A DNA stretch of 32,000 nucleotides from Pseudothioglobus sp. nBUS_23 (GCF_051201565.1 NZ_CP179200.1:1470001-1502000); one strand, 5' to 3'; counted from the first letter of the stretch, positions 1 through 9,903 are shown. Notes: generated by a model not told the origin, from the sequence alone. Numbers and translations are program-made.

Positions 1-197
1 TGTTTAAAGAAACACCTTTACTTGCCGCAATAACAGTTGTTGAATTATTTAGGGCTGCTGACCAATATAGTAATAGTCACTATACTTATCTTGAACCAAT
101 GACTTTGGTTGGAATATTCTTTTTAATTGTATCAATCCCATCTGCTATGCTAGCTATGAAACTTGAAAAGAAGTTTAAGCAAGCAAAAACAGTCTAA
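1..197 (+). CDS. Polar amino-acid ABC transporter permease, C-terminal fragment (gene begins upstream of the window)
   Basis: Frame 3 is open from the window edge to TAA at 195-197: FKETPLLAAITVVELFRAADQYSNSHYTYLEPMTLVGIFFLIVSIPSAMLAMKLEKKFKQAKTV*. The T-x-L...I-x-V-x-EL-x-R segment, a last hydrophobic helix and a basic tail are typical of HisM/GlnP-type permease C-termini. It is missing from the ORF track because it has no start codon in the window. Confidence 0.55.
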   Translation, partial: FKETPLLAAITVVELFRAADQYSNSHYTYLEPMTLVGIFFLIVSIPSAMLAMKLEKKFKQAKTV

Positions 198-224
198 AAG
201 TTAATCCAAAGTATTTACTTTGAC

Positions 225-2564
225 TTATTCTTTTTCAAGAGCAATATCTAGAACCTGATCAATCCATTTAACTTTAATAATCTCAAGCTTACTTTTAATT
301 TTTTCAGGAACTTCAGATAATTCTCGTTCGTTATCTTCAGGAATAATCACGGTTTTAATACCGCCTCTCATTGCTGCAAGAAGCTTTTCTTTGAGCCCTC
401 CGATTGGTGTGATTTCACCTCGAAGCGTTATCTCTCCGGTCATTGCAACAGCAGCTTTTACTTTTCTGCCTGTTAGAACTGAAACTAAAGCGGTGCACAT
501 TGCAGCACCAGCGCTAGGACCATCTTTTGGAGTGGAGCCATCAGGAACATGGATATGAATGTCCAACTTTTCATGAAAATCATTAGAGATTCCTAGGGAG
601 TCGGCCCTCAATCTAGTAACAGACATAGCTGCTTGGATAGACTCCTTCATAACATCACCAAGCTGTCCAGTGTAATTTAGCTTACCTTTTCCTTTGTAGG
701 AAGAAGCCTCAATAGTTAACAAATCTCCACCAACTGATGTCCAAGCTAAACCAGTAACCTCTCCGATTTGGTTATGCTCCTCGGCAAGCCCAAATCTGAA
801 TTTCTTCATTCCTAAGAATTTGGGAAGGCTTTTCGAGTTAATAATTGCTTTTGTTTTGCGTTTTTTCAAAGTGACATCTTTAATCACTTTTCTGCAAATA
901 CTTCCAATCTCTCGGTCAAGGTTTCTTACACCTGCTTCACGAGTGTAATAGCGAATAATATCCATAATTGCAGAATCTTTAAAAACTATTTCAGAGCTCT
1001 TAATCCCATTATTTTTCATTTGCTTAGCAATTAAGTGTCTTTTGGCAATCTCAAGCTTCTCATCTTCAGTGTAGCCAGAGAGCTGAATTATTTCCATTCT
1101 ATCTATCAAGGCTTCAGGAAGATTCAAGGAGTTTGCAGTTGCTACAAACATTACTTGAGATAAATCATAGTCAACCTCTAAGTAGTGGTCATTAAATGTA
1201 TGATTTTGCTCTGGGTCCAATACCTCTAACATAGCTGAGCTTGGGTCACCTCTAAAATCTGAAGCCATTTTGTCTATCTCATCAAGCAAAAATAATGGAT
1301 TTTTAACATTGACCTTCTGCATTTTTTGAACAATAGAGCCAGGCATCGCGCCAATATAAGTTCTTCTATGGCCTCGGATTTCTGCCTCATCTCTGACACC
1401 GCCAAGAGCCATTCTGACATACTTGCGATTGACGGATTTTGCAATCGACTCTCCCAAGGAAGTTTTACCAACTCCCGGAGGACCAACCAAACACAATATG
1501 TTTGCCTTGTTGTGAGTCACTCTGCTCTGAACAGCAAGATGCTCCATAATTCTTTCTTTGACCTTATCTAACCCATAGTGATCTTCATCAAGAATCTTTT
1601 GGGCTCTCACTAAGTCCTTATTTGTTTTTGTTTTTTTACTCCATGGGACAGAGCATAGATTTTCAATATAAGTTCTTATGATTGATGCATCGGATGACTG
1701 AGAAGACATTCTTTGGAGTTTATTCAGCTCACTTTGTGCTTTGTTTTTTGCCTCTTTAGGCATCTTTGCCTTATTGATATTATTTTGGAGCTCCTCAATT
1801 TCATTTTCGTCATCCAGCGTTCCAAGCTCCTTTTGAATGGACTTCATTTGTTCATTCAAATAATAATCTCTCTGGTTAGACTCCATTTGCTTGCGAACCC
1901 TATTTTGAATCTTTTGTTCAGCACCTAGAACATCTAGCTCGCCCTCAAGTATAGAAAGAATAGCCTCAAGGCGATCTTTTGCAAGCCCACTCTCAAGAAG
2001 ACTTTGCTTCTCTTCAACCTTAAGACTTAAATTTGCAATAATGACATCACTGAATCTCTCAATATCAGTTATTTCTTTAAGAACCTTGTAAACCTCTTCA
2101 GGAATTTTTTTACTTAGTTTGATATATTTTTCAAAATTTTCTAAGGCCAGACGCATCATTGCCTTAATCTCAGTATCGTCATCAAAGCTAAGGGTACAAT
2201 CACTTAGGACAACCTCGGTATACTCGCCTAAATCAACAAACTCTTCAATTTTGCCTCGCTTAACTCCTTCAACCAAAACCTTTATCGTTCCATCTGGCAA
2301 CTTCAGTAGCTGGAGGATTGTAGCAAGTGTACCAACTTTATGCAGCTCGTCGTTGGTTGGCTCTTCTATAGTTTCGTCTTTTTGCGTTGCCAAGAATACA
2401 TTTTTATCTGCTTCCATGGCTTGAGTAATAGCCTTTACTGAGGACTTTCTCCCGATGAATAGAGGAATAACTGTATGGGGGAAAACTACAACATCTCTCA
2501 GCGGGAGAAGAGGTATTGATTGCTTAACTATGCCGTTTGACTCTGCTGGGAATTCTGCTTCCAT
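225..2564 (-). CDS. lon: ATP-dependent Lon protease (LonA type)
   Basis: 779 aa. The N-terminal domain has IPLLPLRDVVVFPHTVIPLFIGR, as in E. coli Lon. Walker A GPPGVGKTS and Walker B LFLLDEIDK are present. The C-terminal protease domain carries the catalytic Ser context PKDGPSAGAAM. An AAGGTG Shine-Dalgarno-like motif lies 10 nt upstream of the ATG. Confidence 0.97.
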   Translation of the reverse strand: MEAEFPAESNGIVKQSIPLLPLRDVVVFPHTVIPLFIGRKSSVKAITQAMEADKNVFLATQKDETIEEPTNDELHKVGTLATILQLLKLPDGTIKVLVEGVKRGKIEEFVDLGEYTEVVLSDCTLSFDDDTEIKAMMRLALENFEKYIKLSKKIPEEVYKVLKEITDIERFSDVIIANLSLKVEEKQSLLESGLAKDRLEAILSILEGELDVLGAEQKIQNRVRKQMESNQRDYYLNEQMKSIQKELGTLDDENEIEELQNNINKAKMPKEAKNKAQSELNKLQRMSSQSSDASIIRTYIENLCSVPWSKKTKTNKDLVRAQKILDEDHYGLDKVKERIMEHLAVQSRVTHNKANILCLVGPPGVGKTSLGESIAKSVNRKYVRMALGGVRDEAEIRGHRRTYIGAMPGSIVQKMQKVNVKNPLFLLDEIDKMASDFRGDPSSAMLEVLDPEQNHTFNDHYLEVDYDLSQVMFVATANSLNLPEALIDRMEIIQLSGYTEDEKLEIAKRHLIAKQMKNNGIKSSEIVFKDSAIMDIIRYYTREAGVRNLDREIGSICRKVIKDVTLKKRKTKAIINSKSLPKFLGMKKFRFGLAEEHNQIGEVTGLAWTSVGGDLLTIEASSYKGKGKLNYTGQLGDVMKESIQAAMSVTRLRADSLGISNDFHEKLDIHIHVPDGSTPKDGPSAGAAMCTALVSVLTGRKVKAAVAMTGEITLRGEITPIGGLKEKLLAAMRGGIKTVIIPEDNERELSEVPEKIKSKLEIIKVKWIDQVLDIALEKE

Positions 2565-3859
2565 AATAATGAAACACCTTGCTTATCTAATAATCTTTCT
2601 AGATAGTGACTCGTAACGTTAATTTCAAGTAGCCATTGGCCAAATTCATTCATTATTTCCTTTTTTATAAACCCCACTCTGTGGATTTCACTTCTGATGT
2701 AAGCTGACTGAACATCTAGCTTAATGCTTGCAAAAGTCATCATCCCACTTAGACTTTGTGAGAGCGCCTCATATAGAAGATCAATTCCTTCACCTGTATG
2801 CGCTGAAAGCCATACACGATAGATGTTACCTTCATTGTCTTTATCTATTCTTGGCTGAAAATCATTGATACCATCGATCTTATTCATAACGATGATTCTC
2901 GGAATTTCTTCAGCATCAATTTGTTCTATAATTTCCTCAACTTGCTCAATTTTATCTCTACTATTTGGGTCGGAAGCATCAACGACATGAAGAAGCACAT
3001 TAGCCTGGCGCGTTTCCTCCAAAGTTGATTTGAAAGCTTCTATGAGTTCATGGGGCAAGTCTTGAATAAATCCAACTGTATCAGCAATAACTGCCTCTCC
3101 AGATGCTGGCAACATAACTCTTCTGATTGTAGAATCTAACGTAGCAAACAACTTATCATCAGCATAAACCTGGGCTTTAGTTAATAGATTAAATAGAGTC
3201 GACTTTCCAGCATTGGTATAACCTGCAAGAGAAATCATAGGTAGCTGATTTTTGACTCTTGATTTTCGTCCTAGATCGTGCTGTTTATGGACTTTCGAGA
3301 GGCGCTTATTGATATTTTTAATTCTCAATGAGATTAACCGTTTATCAGTTTCTAACTGCGTTTCGCCAGGCCCTCGAAGCCCAATACCACCTTTTTGTCT
3401 TTCTAAGTGTGTCCAACCTCTGACAAGTCGTGTTGAAAGATGCTTTAATTGGGCTAGTTCAACTTGTAGCTTTCCTTCAAATGAGCTCGCTCTTAATGCA
3501 AAGATATCAAGAATAAGGCCAGTTCTATCCATCACTTGGCACTTTAATGCTTTTTCTAAGTTTCGTTCTTGGGATGGAGACAACTGTAGTGAGAAAATTA
3601 CAAGCTCAATTTCATTTTCACTAACAAGTGATGCAAGCTCATCAACTTTACCTGTCCCAATAAAAAACTGCGCCTTTGTAAAGCTTCTTTTGATTGTTAA
3701 TGTTTCAACAATATTTAAACCAGATGATTCAGCAAGTTGCTGAAATTCATCTACGCTACCATTTGAATGGCTACCTGAAGTGAGTTCAATGTGAACAAGG
3801 ATTGTTCGTTCACCTTGACCAACTGCATCTTTCTGGCGGTCAAACAAATCCGTAGACAT
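2528..3859 (-). CDS. hflX: GTPase HflX (ribosome-associated / ribosome-splitting GTPase)
   Basis: 443 aa. HflX N-domain motifs are GKLQVELAQLKHL and LRGPGETQLETDKR. GTPase motifs are G1 GYTNAGKST, G3 DTVGF and G4 NKID. The TAG stop is at 2528-2530, and its 3' end overlaps the lon start by 37 nt. Confidence 0.93.
   Translation of the reverse strand: MSTDLFDRQKDAVGQGERTILVHIELTSGSHSNGSVDEFQQLAESSGLNIVETLTIKRSFTKAQFFIGTGKVDELASLVSENEIELVIFSLQLSPSQERNLEKALKCQVMDRTGLILDIFALRASSFEGKLQVELAQLKHLSTRLVRGWTHLERQKGGIGLRGPGETQLETDKRLISLRIKNINKRLSKVHKQHDLGRKSRVKNQLPMISLAGYTNAGKSTLFNLLTKAQVYADDKLFATLDSTIRRVMLPASGEAVIADTVGFIQDLPHELIEAFKSTLEETRQANVLLHVVDASDPNSRDKIEQVEEIIEQIDAEEIPRIIVMNKIDGINDFQPRIDKDNEGNIYRVWLSAHTGEGIDLLYEALSQSLSGMMTFASIKLDVQSAYIRSEIHRVGFIKKEIMNEFGQWLLEINVTSHYLERLLDKQGVSLLWKQNSQQSQTA
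2601..2629 (-). promoter_or_regulatory. Candidate sigma-32-type (heat-shock) promoter for lon, embedded in the hflX 3' coding region
   Basis: The minus strand reads CTTGAAA (2629..2623), a 14-nt spacer, then CACTATCT (2608..2601), ending 36 nt upstream of the lon ATG. The -35 matches the E. coli sigma-32 consensus CTTGAAA exactly. The -10 matches CCCCATNT at about 5 of 8 positions. A 7-mer like this is expected several times by chance in 64 kb of AT-rich sequence. Confidence 0.25.
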
Positions 3860-3894
3860 ATTTAAAGTTTAATCATATAAGAGCTAAAAAATCT

Positions 3895-5160
3895 TCAACT
3901 TGCTTTTCGAATATTAGTTTTCTTGCTATTTGACTCATGAAGAATGACAGGCTGCTTTAAACCTTCGACGACCGCTTTATCTATAACAACCTCCTTTACA
4001 GAAGAAGCAGATGGTATTTCGTACATTGTTTCAAGAAGCAAATCCTCCATGATTGCTCTGAGGCCTCTTGCACCAGTTTTTCTTTTGAGCGCCAATCTAG
4101 CAATTGCAACTAGAGCATTTTTTCTGATAGAAAGCTTAACGCCCTCAATTGCAAAAAATTGTTGAAACTGTTTAACGACTGAATTTTTTGGCTTGGTTAG
4201 AATCTCTATCAAAGCCTCTTCATCAAGCTCATCAAGTGAAGTATGGACAGCTAAACGACCAACCAGTTCAGGAATAAGTCCAAACTTTATTAAATCGTCA
4301 GGCTCCAAGAATTTGTAAAGTTCAGTCAAAGTCTTTTTATCACCCTCATCTTTGACATTGGCAGAAAAGCCTATTCCAGTAGCTTTTTCTACACGCCTAT
4401 CAATAACCTTTCCGAGTCCATCAAATGCTCCGCCACAAATAAATAAGATTTTAGATGTATCCACATCGATGGTTTCCTGATTGGGATGTTTTCTTCCGCC
4501 CTGAGGAGGAACTGAAGCTATAGTGCCCTCAATTAATTTAAGCATGGCCTGTTGAACACCTTCCCCAGAAACATCTCTTGTAATTGATGGTGAGTCTGAA
4601 CGACGTGAGATTTTATCAATTTCATCAATAAATATGATGCCTTGTTCTGCCCTTTCTGGATCAAAATCACACTTCGATAGCAGACTCTTGATTACATTTT
4701 CTACGTCATCTCCTACATAACCAGCTTCCGTTAATGTTGTTGCATCTGCCACCGCAAAAGGCACGTCTAAAAATCTTGCCAAAGATTGAGCCAAGAGAGT
4801 TTTTCCGCTTCCAGTAGGACCTATTAGTAATATATTGGATTTATCAAGTTCGACATCATTTGATACGTAATTAGATTTAAGCCTTTTATAGTGATTGTAT
4901 ACTGCAACGGATAAAACCTTTTTAGCATGAGACTGGCCAATGACATACTCATTAAGTGAGTTAAATAAATCTTTAGGTGTGTAATTCCAATCCTGATGTT
5001 GATCTTTTTTGTCCTTAATAGATTGCTCTTGAATTAGGTTATAGCAAGAGTCAATACATTCGTCACAAATATAGACACCAGGACCAGCTATGAGACGAGA
5101 AACCTCATCCTTATTTTTAGAACAGAATGAACAACTTAGATCTTCAGTGTTTTGATCCAT
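3895..5160 (-). CDS. clpX: ATP-dependent Clp protease ATP-binding subunit ClpX
   Basis: 421 aa. It has an N-terminal zinc ribbon (CSFC...CDEC), Walker A GPTGSGKT, pore loop GYVG, Walker [10 protein letters not shown] and a ClpP-docking IGF loop (TGIGFSA). Confidence 0.97.
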   Translation of the reverse strand: MDQNTEDLSCSFCSKNKDEVSRLIAGPGVYICDECIDSCYNLIQEQSIKDKKDQHQDWNYTPKDLFNSLNEYVIGQSHAKKVLSVAVYNHYKRLKSNYVSNDVELDKSNILLIGPTGSGKTLLAQSLARFLDVPFAVADATTLTEAGYVGDDVENVIKSLLSKCDFDPERAEQGIIFIDEIDKISRRSDSPSITRDVSGEGVQQAMLKLIEGTIASVPPQGGRKHPNQETIDVDTSKILFICGGAFDGLGKVIDRRVEKATGIGFSANVKDEGDKKTLTELYKFLEPDDLIKFGLIPELVGRLAVHTSLDELDEEALIEILTKPKNSVVKQFQQFFAIEGVKLSIRKNALVAIARLALKRKTGARGLRAIMEDLLLETMYEIPSASSVKEVVIDKAVVEGLKQPVILHESNSKKTNIRKAS

Positions 5161-5172
5161 TAGTTTACTTTA

Positions 5173-5769
5173 TTAACGTTTATTAATAACTTTATCAATG
5201 AGTCCATATTTAGCAGATTCAGAAGCAGACATAAAATTATCACGATCTGTATCTTTTTGAATATTTTTTAAACTTTGACCTGTATGCTCTTTAAGAATTG
5301 AATTCAGATTATCTCTCACCTTAAGAATTTCTTGAGCATGAATATCAATATCACTAGCCTGCCCAGAAAATCCACCTAAAGGCTGATGAATCATGCATCT
5401 TGCGTGGGGCAGAGCAAACCTTTTGCCCTTTGCGCCAGCAGTAAGAAGTAACGCACCCATACTCGCAGCTTGTCCGATACATAAAGTTGATATATCAGGC
5501 TTGATGAACTGCATTGTATCGTATATAGCCAAACCAGCAGTAACTGAGCCTCCTGGAGAATTAATGTATAGGTGAATATCTTTGTCTGGATTCTCAGATT
5601 CCAAGAATAGTAGCTGAGCCACAACCACATTTGCAGTGTAATCCTCAACAGGCCCAACAAGAAAAACTACGCGTTCTTTTAAAAGTCTTGAATAGATATC
5701 GTAAGCTCTCTCACCTCTGCCTGAGCTTTCAACAACCATTGGAATTTGATTTAAATTTTGAATTGTCAT
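5173..5769 (-). CDS. clpP: ATP-dependent Clp protease proteolytic subunit ClpP
   Basis: 198 aa. Ser-His-Asp triad contexts are [16 protein letters not shown] and [10 protein letters not shown]. The N-terminus reads [20 protein letters not shown]. Confidence 0.97.
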   Translation of the reverse strand: MTIQNLNQIPMVVESSGRGERAYDIYSRLLKERVVFLVGPVEDYTANVVVAQLLFLESENPDKDIHLYINSPGGSVTAGLAIYDTMQFIKPDISTLCIGQAASMGALLLTAGAKGKRFALPHARCMIHQPLGGFSGQASDIDIHAQEILKVRDNLNSILKEHTGQSLKNIQKDTDRDNFMSASESAKYGLIDKVINKR

Positions 5770-5770
5770 A

Positions 5771-7069
5771 TTAATTTTGAGTATTCATTATTTCTAAAAA
5801 GTTTTTTTCAGTTGAGGTAACTTTTGCCTCATCCGCAATATGCTTTGCTACAAGATCTTCCACAACTATTGACTCAATATTGGCCAAACGTGAAGGGTCA
5901 GTGTTGTACCAATCGATCATCTGCTGAGCACTCTCGCCATATTGAAGCGACATTTCATTTAGTTTAGCATCAACTAAGTCTTTCTCAGCCGTTATTTCTG
6001 AATCAGTTGCAATTTTATTAATCAGTAAGCCAAGCTTTACCCTTCTTGCAGCTTCCTCATTAAACATCTCTACAGGAAGTTTACCTTTTGAAGGCATTCC
6101 TTGCTGCTCCATGCGTGACTCCATATCTTGCTGAAGTCTTAAAGCCTCTGAAGAAACACTCCCCTCAGGCACCTCAAAATCATTTGCCTCTAGTAGAGCT
6201 GAAAAAGCAGTATCTTTATTTTGCTGGACAAGTCGTGATTCCAACTCCATTTTCATTTGGCTAGTCATTCTTGTCTTCATTGTTTCAAAGTCTTTTTCAC
6301 CAAATTTCTTAGCAAACTCGTCATCCCTTTTGAGCTCAATAGGGGATCCAACTTCATTGACCTTAACTTTAAAAACAGCCTCTCTACCAGCTAAATTCTC
6401 AACGTGATAGTCTTCTGGAAATGTTGCATTAACCTCAACTGTTTTACCTGGAGCAATATCAATAAGGCCTTTTTCAAAGCCATCGATCATTGTGCCTCTT
6501 CCTAATACAATTTCAAATCCTTCGGCAGCTCCGCCCTCAAAAGATTCACCATCCATGAGTCCTTCAAAGTCTATAACTAATCGATCTCCTTCTTTTGATT
6601 TACGCTTAACGCTCTTATATTCAGTTGACCTGTCTTGAAGATCTTGCAACGCACGCTCTTCATCCTCTTCAGTCACTTTTGAGGTTACCTGGTCAATTTT
6701 TAGACTGGACAAAGTGTTTACTTTAATCTCAGGATAGACTTCAAATTCTATTGTGTAAATTAAACTCTCAGAATTTTCAGTATCAACATTTGTGAGTGAA
6801 GGCTGCGCTGCTGGAACTACGTCCGCATCCTTTAGAGCATCCTCAAGGGTCTCACTAACCATTTCAGTTGCAGCATCTGATTTAGCACTTGCCCCAAATC
6901 TTTGGCGCAGAATATTTGCAGGAATTTTGCCTTTTCTAAAGCCATCAATACGAACCTTAGTTGCTAGACTCTTGATAATTTTTTCTGTCTTGTCGTTGAA
7001 CGTGTCTACTGGTAATTCAACTGTAAGGGATCTTTTAAGCCCGTCGAGTGTGTTGAGTGATGTCTTCAT
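5771..7069 (-). CDS. tig: Trigger factor (ribosome-associated chaperone / PPIase)
   Basis: 432 aa. The N-terminal ribosome-binding signature GFRKGKIP is present, with a central FKBP-like segment and an acidic C-terminal arm domain. Its TAA stop (5771-5773) is 1 nt from the clpP ATG (5767-5769). Confidence 0.95.
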   Translation of the reverse strand: MKTSLNTLDGLKRSLTVELPVDTFNDKTEKIIKSLATKVRIDGFRKGKIPANILRQRFGASAKSDAATEMVSETLEDALKDADVVPAAQPSLTNVDTENSESLIYTIEFEVYPEIKVNTLSSLKIDQVTSKVTEEDEERALQDLQDRSTEYKSVKRKSKEGDRLVIDFEGLMDGESFEGGAAEGFEIVLGRGTMIDGFEKGLIDIAPGKTVEVNATFPEDYHVENLAGREAVFKVKVNEVGSPIELKRDDEFAKKFGEKDFETMKTRMTSQMKMELESRLVQQNKDTAFSALLEANDFEVPEGSVSSEALRLQQDMESRMEQQGMPSKGKLPVEMFNEEAARRVKLGLLINKIATDSEITAEKDLVDAKLNEMSLQYGESAQQMIDWYNTDPSRLANIESIVVEDLVAKHIADEAKVTSTEKNFLEIMNTQN

Positions 7070-7105
7070 CTATTTCTAAATCCGTAACATGTTAAAAAAA
7101 GGCAA

Positions 7106-7111
7106 ATTATA
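7106..7111 (-). promoter_or_regulatory. Candidate -10 box for the tig-clpP-clpX-hflX-lon operon
   Basis: A perfect TATAAT on the minus strand lies 36 nt upstream of the tig ATG. The only -35 candidate sits in a T-run and is weak. TATAAT is common in AT-rich DNA. Confidence 0.3.
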
Positions 7112-7172
7112 CAGTATTTTAGTGCTCAAAAAAAAGTGCACTTAAGACGTGGAAATATGTGTGTACGGTATT

Positions 7173-8282
7173 TTAGAAGCGAGAGCCAGCAAAGCTGACT
7201 TGATGTTTTGAACAAGATAGCCAATCCTGATTTATTTCAATTCCCCAGCCTGGTTTATGAGAGATCTCTAAGTTACCTTTCGCAATCTTAAAATCTGGAG
7301 TAAAAATATTGTCCTGCCAAGGATAATAATCAAGACCCTCAATAGAGAATTCTAGGTACTTTCCTGGATTTTTAATTGATCCCATAATGTGTGCTGAAAA
7401 CAGCGTCACTAGAGAGAGATTGGCAGCATGAAGAGTGACTGGAATCTTCTTTTTTTCAGCCATTTTAGCAACCTCTAATGTTCTAGTAATGCCTCCTAAA
7501 TAACAGACATCGGGTTGGATAATATCAACAACCCCAGTATCTATCATATGCCTCCAAACCCTCATGTCATTATCCTGCTCACCGCCACTAACATCAATAT
7601 CAAGCGCGTCAGAAACTTCACTCGTCCAGTCTGGCTTCCAATAGGGACATGGCTCTTCAAAATGACTGACACCATAGTCCTGGAGCATGTGCCCCACCTC
7701 AATTGCTTTTTTTGGAGTATAAGCACTGTTGGCATCGACAAGCAAGGTCGCTTTGTCTCCTAAAACTTTCCTAACCTCTTTGACAACTGATTCAGTTCGA
7801 CCTGGCCATTGGTCTTCATCATGACCGCACTCTTTACCAATTCTGAACTTAAACGCATTGTAGCCATGCTTTTCTTTCAACTCAAGAAGCCTCTGAGCCT
7901 CAGCTTCAGGGGAAATCTCACGCTGCATACTAGAGGCATAGACTGGAATTGAACTAGGACTCCCACCAATAAGTTGACAGACACTTTTTTTTGCTCTTTT
8001 ACCTTTAATATCCCATAGCGCAGTGTCTACGCCGCTTAGCGCCCTATACAGATAAGTGCCTGGAAACTTGTGCTCCCTCTCCAAAACCTCTCTGTTGACT
8101 TCTGAGATGTCACGCCCACTCATTCCCAAAACATGGGGAGCAACTTGTAGATGAAGAACCTGAGCAGTTATCTCACTATTATAGGTTGAAGTTTGCCCCC
8201 AACCTTCGTCACCCTCATCAGTTCTTAATCGAACTAATCCAACGTATTCGTTAGTAAATGTTTCAATACTGACTATCTTCAT
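7173..8282 (-). CDS. Enolase-superfamily enzyme (mandelate racemase / muconate lactonizing family, MR-like subgroup); substrate unknown
   Basis: 369 aa. Metal-ligand contexts are LLVDAN, HFEEP and SGGEQD. Strand-6/7 DIIQPD...TLHA resembles the Asp-His dyad of the MR subgroup. Strand 2 has FKFRIGK (K-x-R rather than K-x-K). The ATG at 8282 lies 20 nt inside the upstream GMC gene. Confidence 0.85.
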   Translation of the reverse strand: MKIVSIETFTNEYVGLVRLRTDEGDEGWGQTSTYNSEITAQVLHLQVAPHVLGMSGRDISEVNREVLEREHKFPGTYLYRALSGVDTALWDIKGKRAKKSVCQLIGGSPSSIPVYASSMQREISPEAEAQRLLELKEKHGYNAFKFRIGKECGHDEDQWPGRTESVVKEVRKVLGDKATLLVDANSAYTPKKAIEVGHMLQDYGVSHFEEPCPYWKPDWTSEVSDALDIDVSGGEQDNDMRVWRHMIDTGVVDIIQPDVCYLGGITRTLEVAKMAEKKKIPVTLHAANLSLVTLFSAHIMGSIKNPGKYLEFSIEGLDYYPWQDNIFTPDFKIAKGNLEISHKPGWGIEINQDWLSCSKHQVSFAGSRF

Positions 8283-9903
8283 TCTTTCCTTTTTGGTCCT
8301 TCAAAATAAGATCGGATGCTTTTTCACCAACCATAATAGTTGCCGCATTAATATTACCACAGACTAAGCTCGGAAATATTGACGCATCCGCAACTCTCAA
8401 ACCTTCAATACCGTAGACTTTAAGATTACTATCAACAACATTACTTTTTGGATCATGGCCCATTCTACAAGTACTTGATGGATGAAATACAGTCCAAACG
8501 GTATCCTTAATGTGCTGAATCATTTGCTCATCTGTCTGGCACTGAGGACCTGGTCGAAACTCCTCTCCAATTACTGGTCTAAAGCTTTCAGTTCTGACTA
8601 GCTTTCTTAAAATCTTAACACCCTCTAATAAGTCTTTGACATCACTCTCATTGGAGAGATAGTTGGGCTTGATGATGGGTGGACTTGATGGGTCACTACT
8701 TCTAAGATGCACGCTGCCCCTGGATCTCGGACTACAATTTGAAATTCCAAGAAGCATTGCTGAAAATGGATCCGGACTCATCATTGCACGCTTATCTGGA
8801 GACTCCAACGAGTAACTGACTGGCGAAAAATAAAGCTGGATGTTTGGTTTTTTAAGATTATCGCTTGTGCGAATGAATCCACCAGACTGGTTGACACTGA
8901 GACTGAGAGGACCCCTCCTTGAAAATATATATCGAAGCCCCTGATAAATCTTACCAAGAACCGGTCTTAACTGGTCATTCAAAGTAGGCACCTTACTTTT
9001 ATAAAAATAGCTAACACCGAGATGATCCTGAAGATTTTCTCCAACTGCAGGACTATCATAAACTAATGGAACCGACACTTGCTCTAAGATTTTTTTTGGT
9101 CCGACTCCAGAGAGCTGAAGGAGTTGTGGAGAGTTAATAGATCCGGCGCTCAATATCACTTCACGCGATGCTAGCAACTCATGAGTCTTACCTGATTTTA
9201 AGTATTTGACTCCGTAAGCCTTTTTGTCTCTAATGAGCACCTTAGTTACAAGGGCTTTCTTTAAAACAGTGAGATTAGAGCGATGATTTATTGGCCACAA
9301 GTAGGCTCTTGAGGAAGACATTCGCTGCCCCTTGTGAGTTGTGATCTGGTAATTTCCCACGCCCTCCTGTTTCTCACCATTCATATCAGGATTTAATTTC
9401 ATACCAATCTCTTGAGCGGCAGATAAAAAATTATCACAAAGAGGATGTAACTGTTTTGACACTTCAGAGACCTTTAAAGGTCCATCTCCACCTCTAAAAT
9501 TATCAGCGCCATTTTGCCAAGACTCCATTTTCTTGAAATAGGGCAATACCTCTTTATATGACCAACCTGGATTTCCAGCTTCTGACCATTCATCAAAATC
9601 CTTTGGATTTCCTCTAACATAGACCATCGCATTGATTGAACTAGAGCCGCCCATCACCTTTCCTCTTGGCCAATAACTTGGCTTATTGTCAGCATCTGGA
9701 CTGGGCTCAGTCATATACATCCAGTTAACCGTTTTTTGATGATAGGTAACGCCATACCCAATTGGCATCTGAATAAAGAATCGACGATCTGATCCACCAG
9801 CCTCTATGAGTAGAACTTTATTTGCAGGATCTTCACTAAGCCTATTTGCTAAAACAGAGCCTGCAGAGCCTGCACCAACGATAATATAATCGTAATCTTT
9901 CAT
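8263..9903 (-). CDS. GMC-family FAD oxidoreductase (choline dehydrogenase-like)
   Basis: 546 aa. The N-terminal FAD fold is DYIIVGAGSAGSVLANRLSED...LLIEAGG. It carries GENLQDHL and CQTDEQ. The C-terminal active-site region is FHPSSTCRMG ... GLRVADASIFPSLVCGNINAATIMVGEK. By eye it is collinear with E. coli BetA as I remember it. Confidence 0.9.
   Translation of the reverse strand: MKDYDYIIVGAGSAGSVLANRLSEDPANKVLLIEAGGSDRRFFIQMPIGYGVTYHQKTVNWMYMTEPSPDADNKPSYWPRGKVMGGSSSINAMVYVRGNPKDFDEWSEAGNPGWSYKEVLPYFKKMESWQNGADNFRGGDGPLKVSEVSKQLHPLCDNFLSAAQEIGMKLNPDMNGEKQEGVGNYQITTHKGQRMSSSRAYLWPINHRSNLTVLKKALVTKVLIRDKKAYGVKYLKSGKTHELLASREVILSAGSINSPQLLQLSGVGPKKILEQVSVPLVYDSPAVGENLQDHLGVSYFYKSKVPTLNDQLRPVLGKIYQGLRYIFSRRGPLSLSVNQSGGFIRTSDNLKKPNIQLYFSPVSYSLESPDKRAMMSPDPFSAMLLGISNCSPRSRGSVHLRSSDPSSPPIIKPNYLSNESDVKDLLEGVKILRKLVRTESFRPVIGEEFRPGPQCQTDEQMIQHIKDTVWTVFHPSSTCRMGHDPKSNVVDSNLKVYGIEGLRVADASIFPSLVCGNINAATIMVGEKASDLILKDQKGKNEDSQY

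Noticed and set aside
207-222. Small hairpin CAAAGT-ATTT-ACTTTG between the convergent ABC permease and lon genes, a possible bidirectional terminator.
   Set aside because: It has only six mostly A-T base pairs and no clean U-tract on either strand, which is too weak to call.
3252-3743. 163-aa plus-strand ORF antisense to hflX. Similar long antisense ORFs occur at 2119-2424, 1326-1571 and 3944-4165.
   Set aside because: It lies entirely inside a strongly conserved minus-strand gene. The translation is S/C/F/L/R-rich with no recognisable motif. This is the usual shadow ORF of an AT-rich gene read on the opposite strand.
7121-7142. Inverted repeat AGTGC...GCACT downstream of the enolase-family gene and upstream of tig.
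   Set aside because: It is a five-bp stem with a 12-nt loop, and the T-run is in the loop rather than after the stem. This is not a credible terminator or operator.
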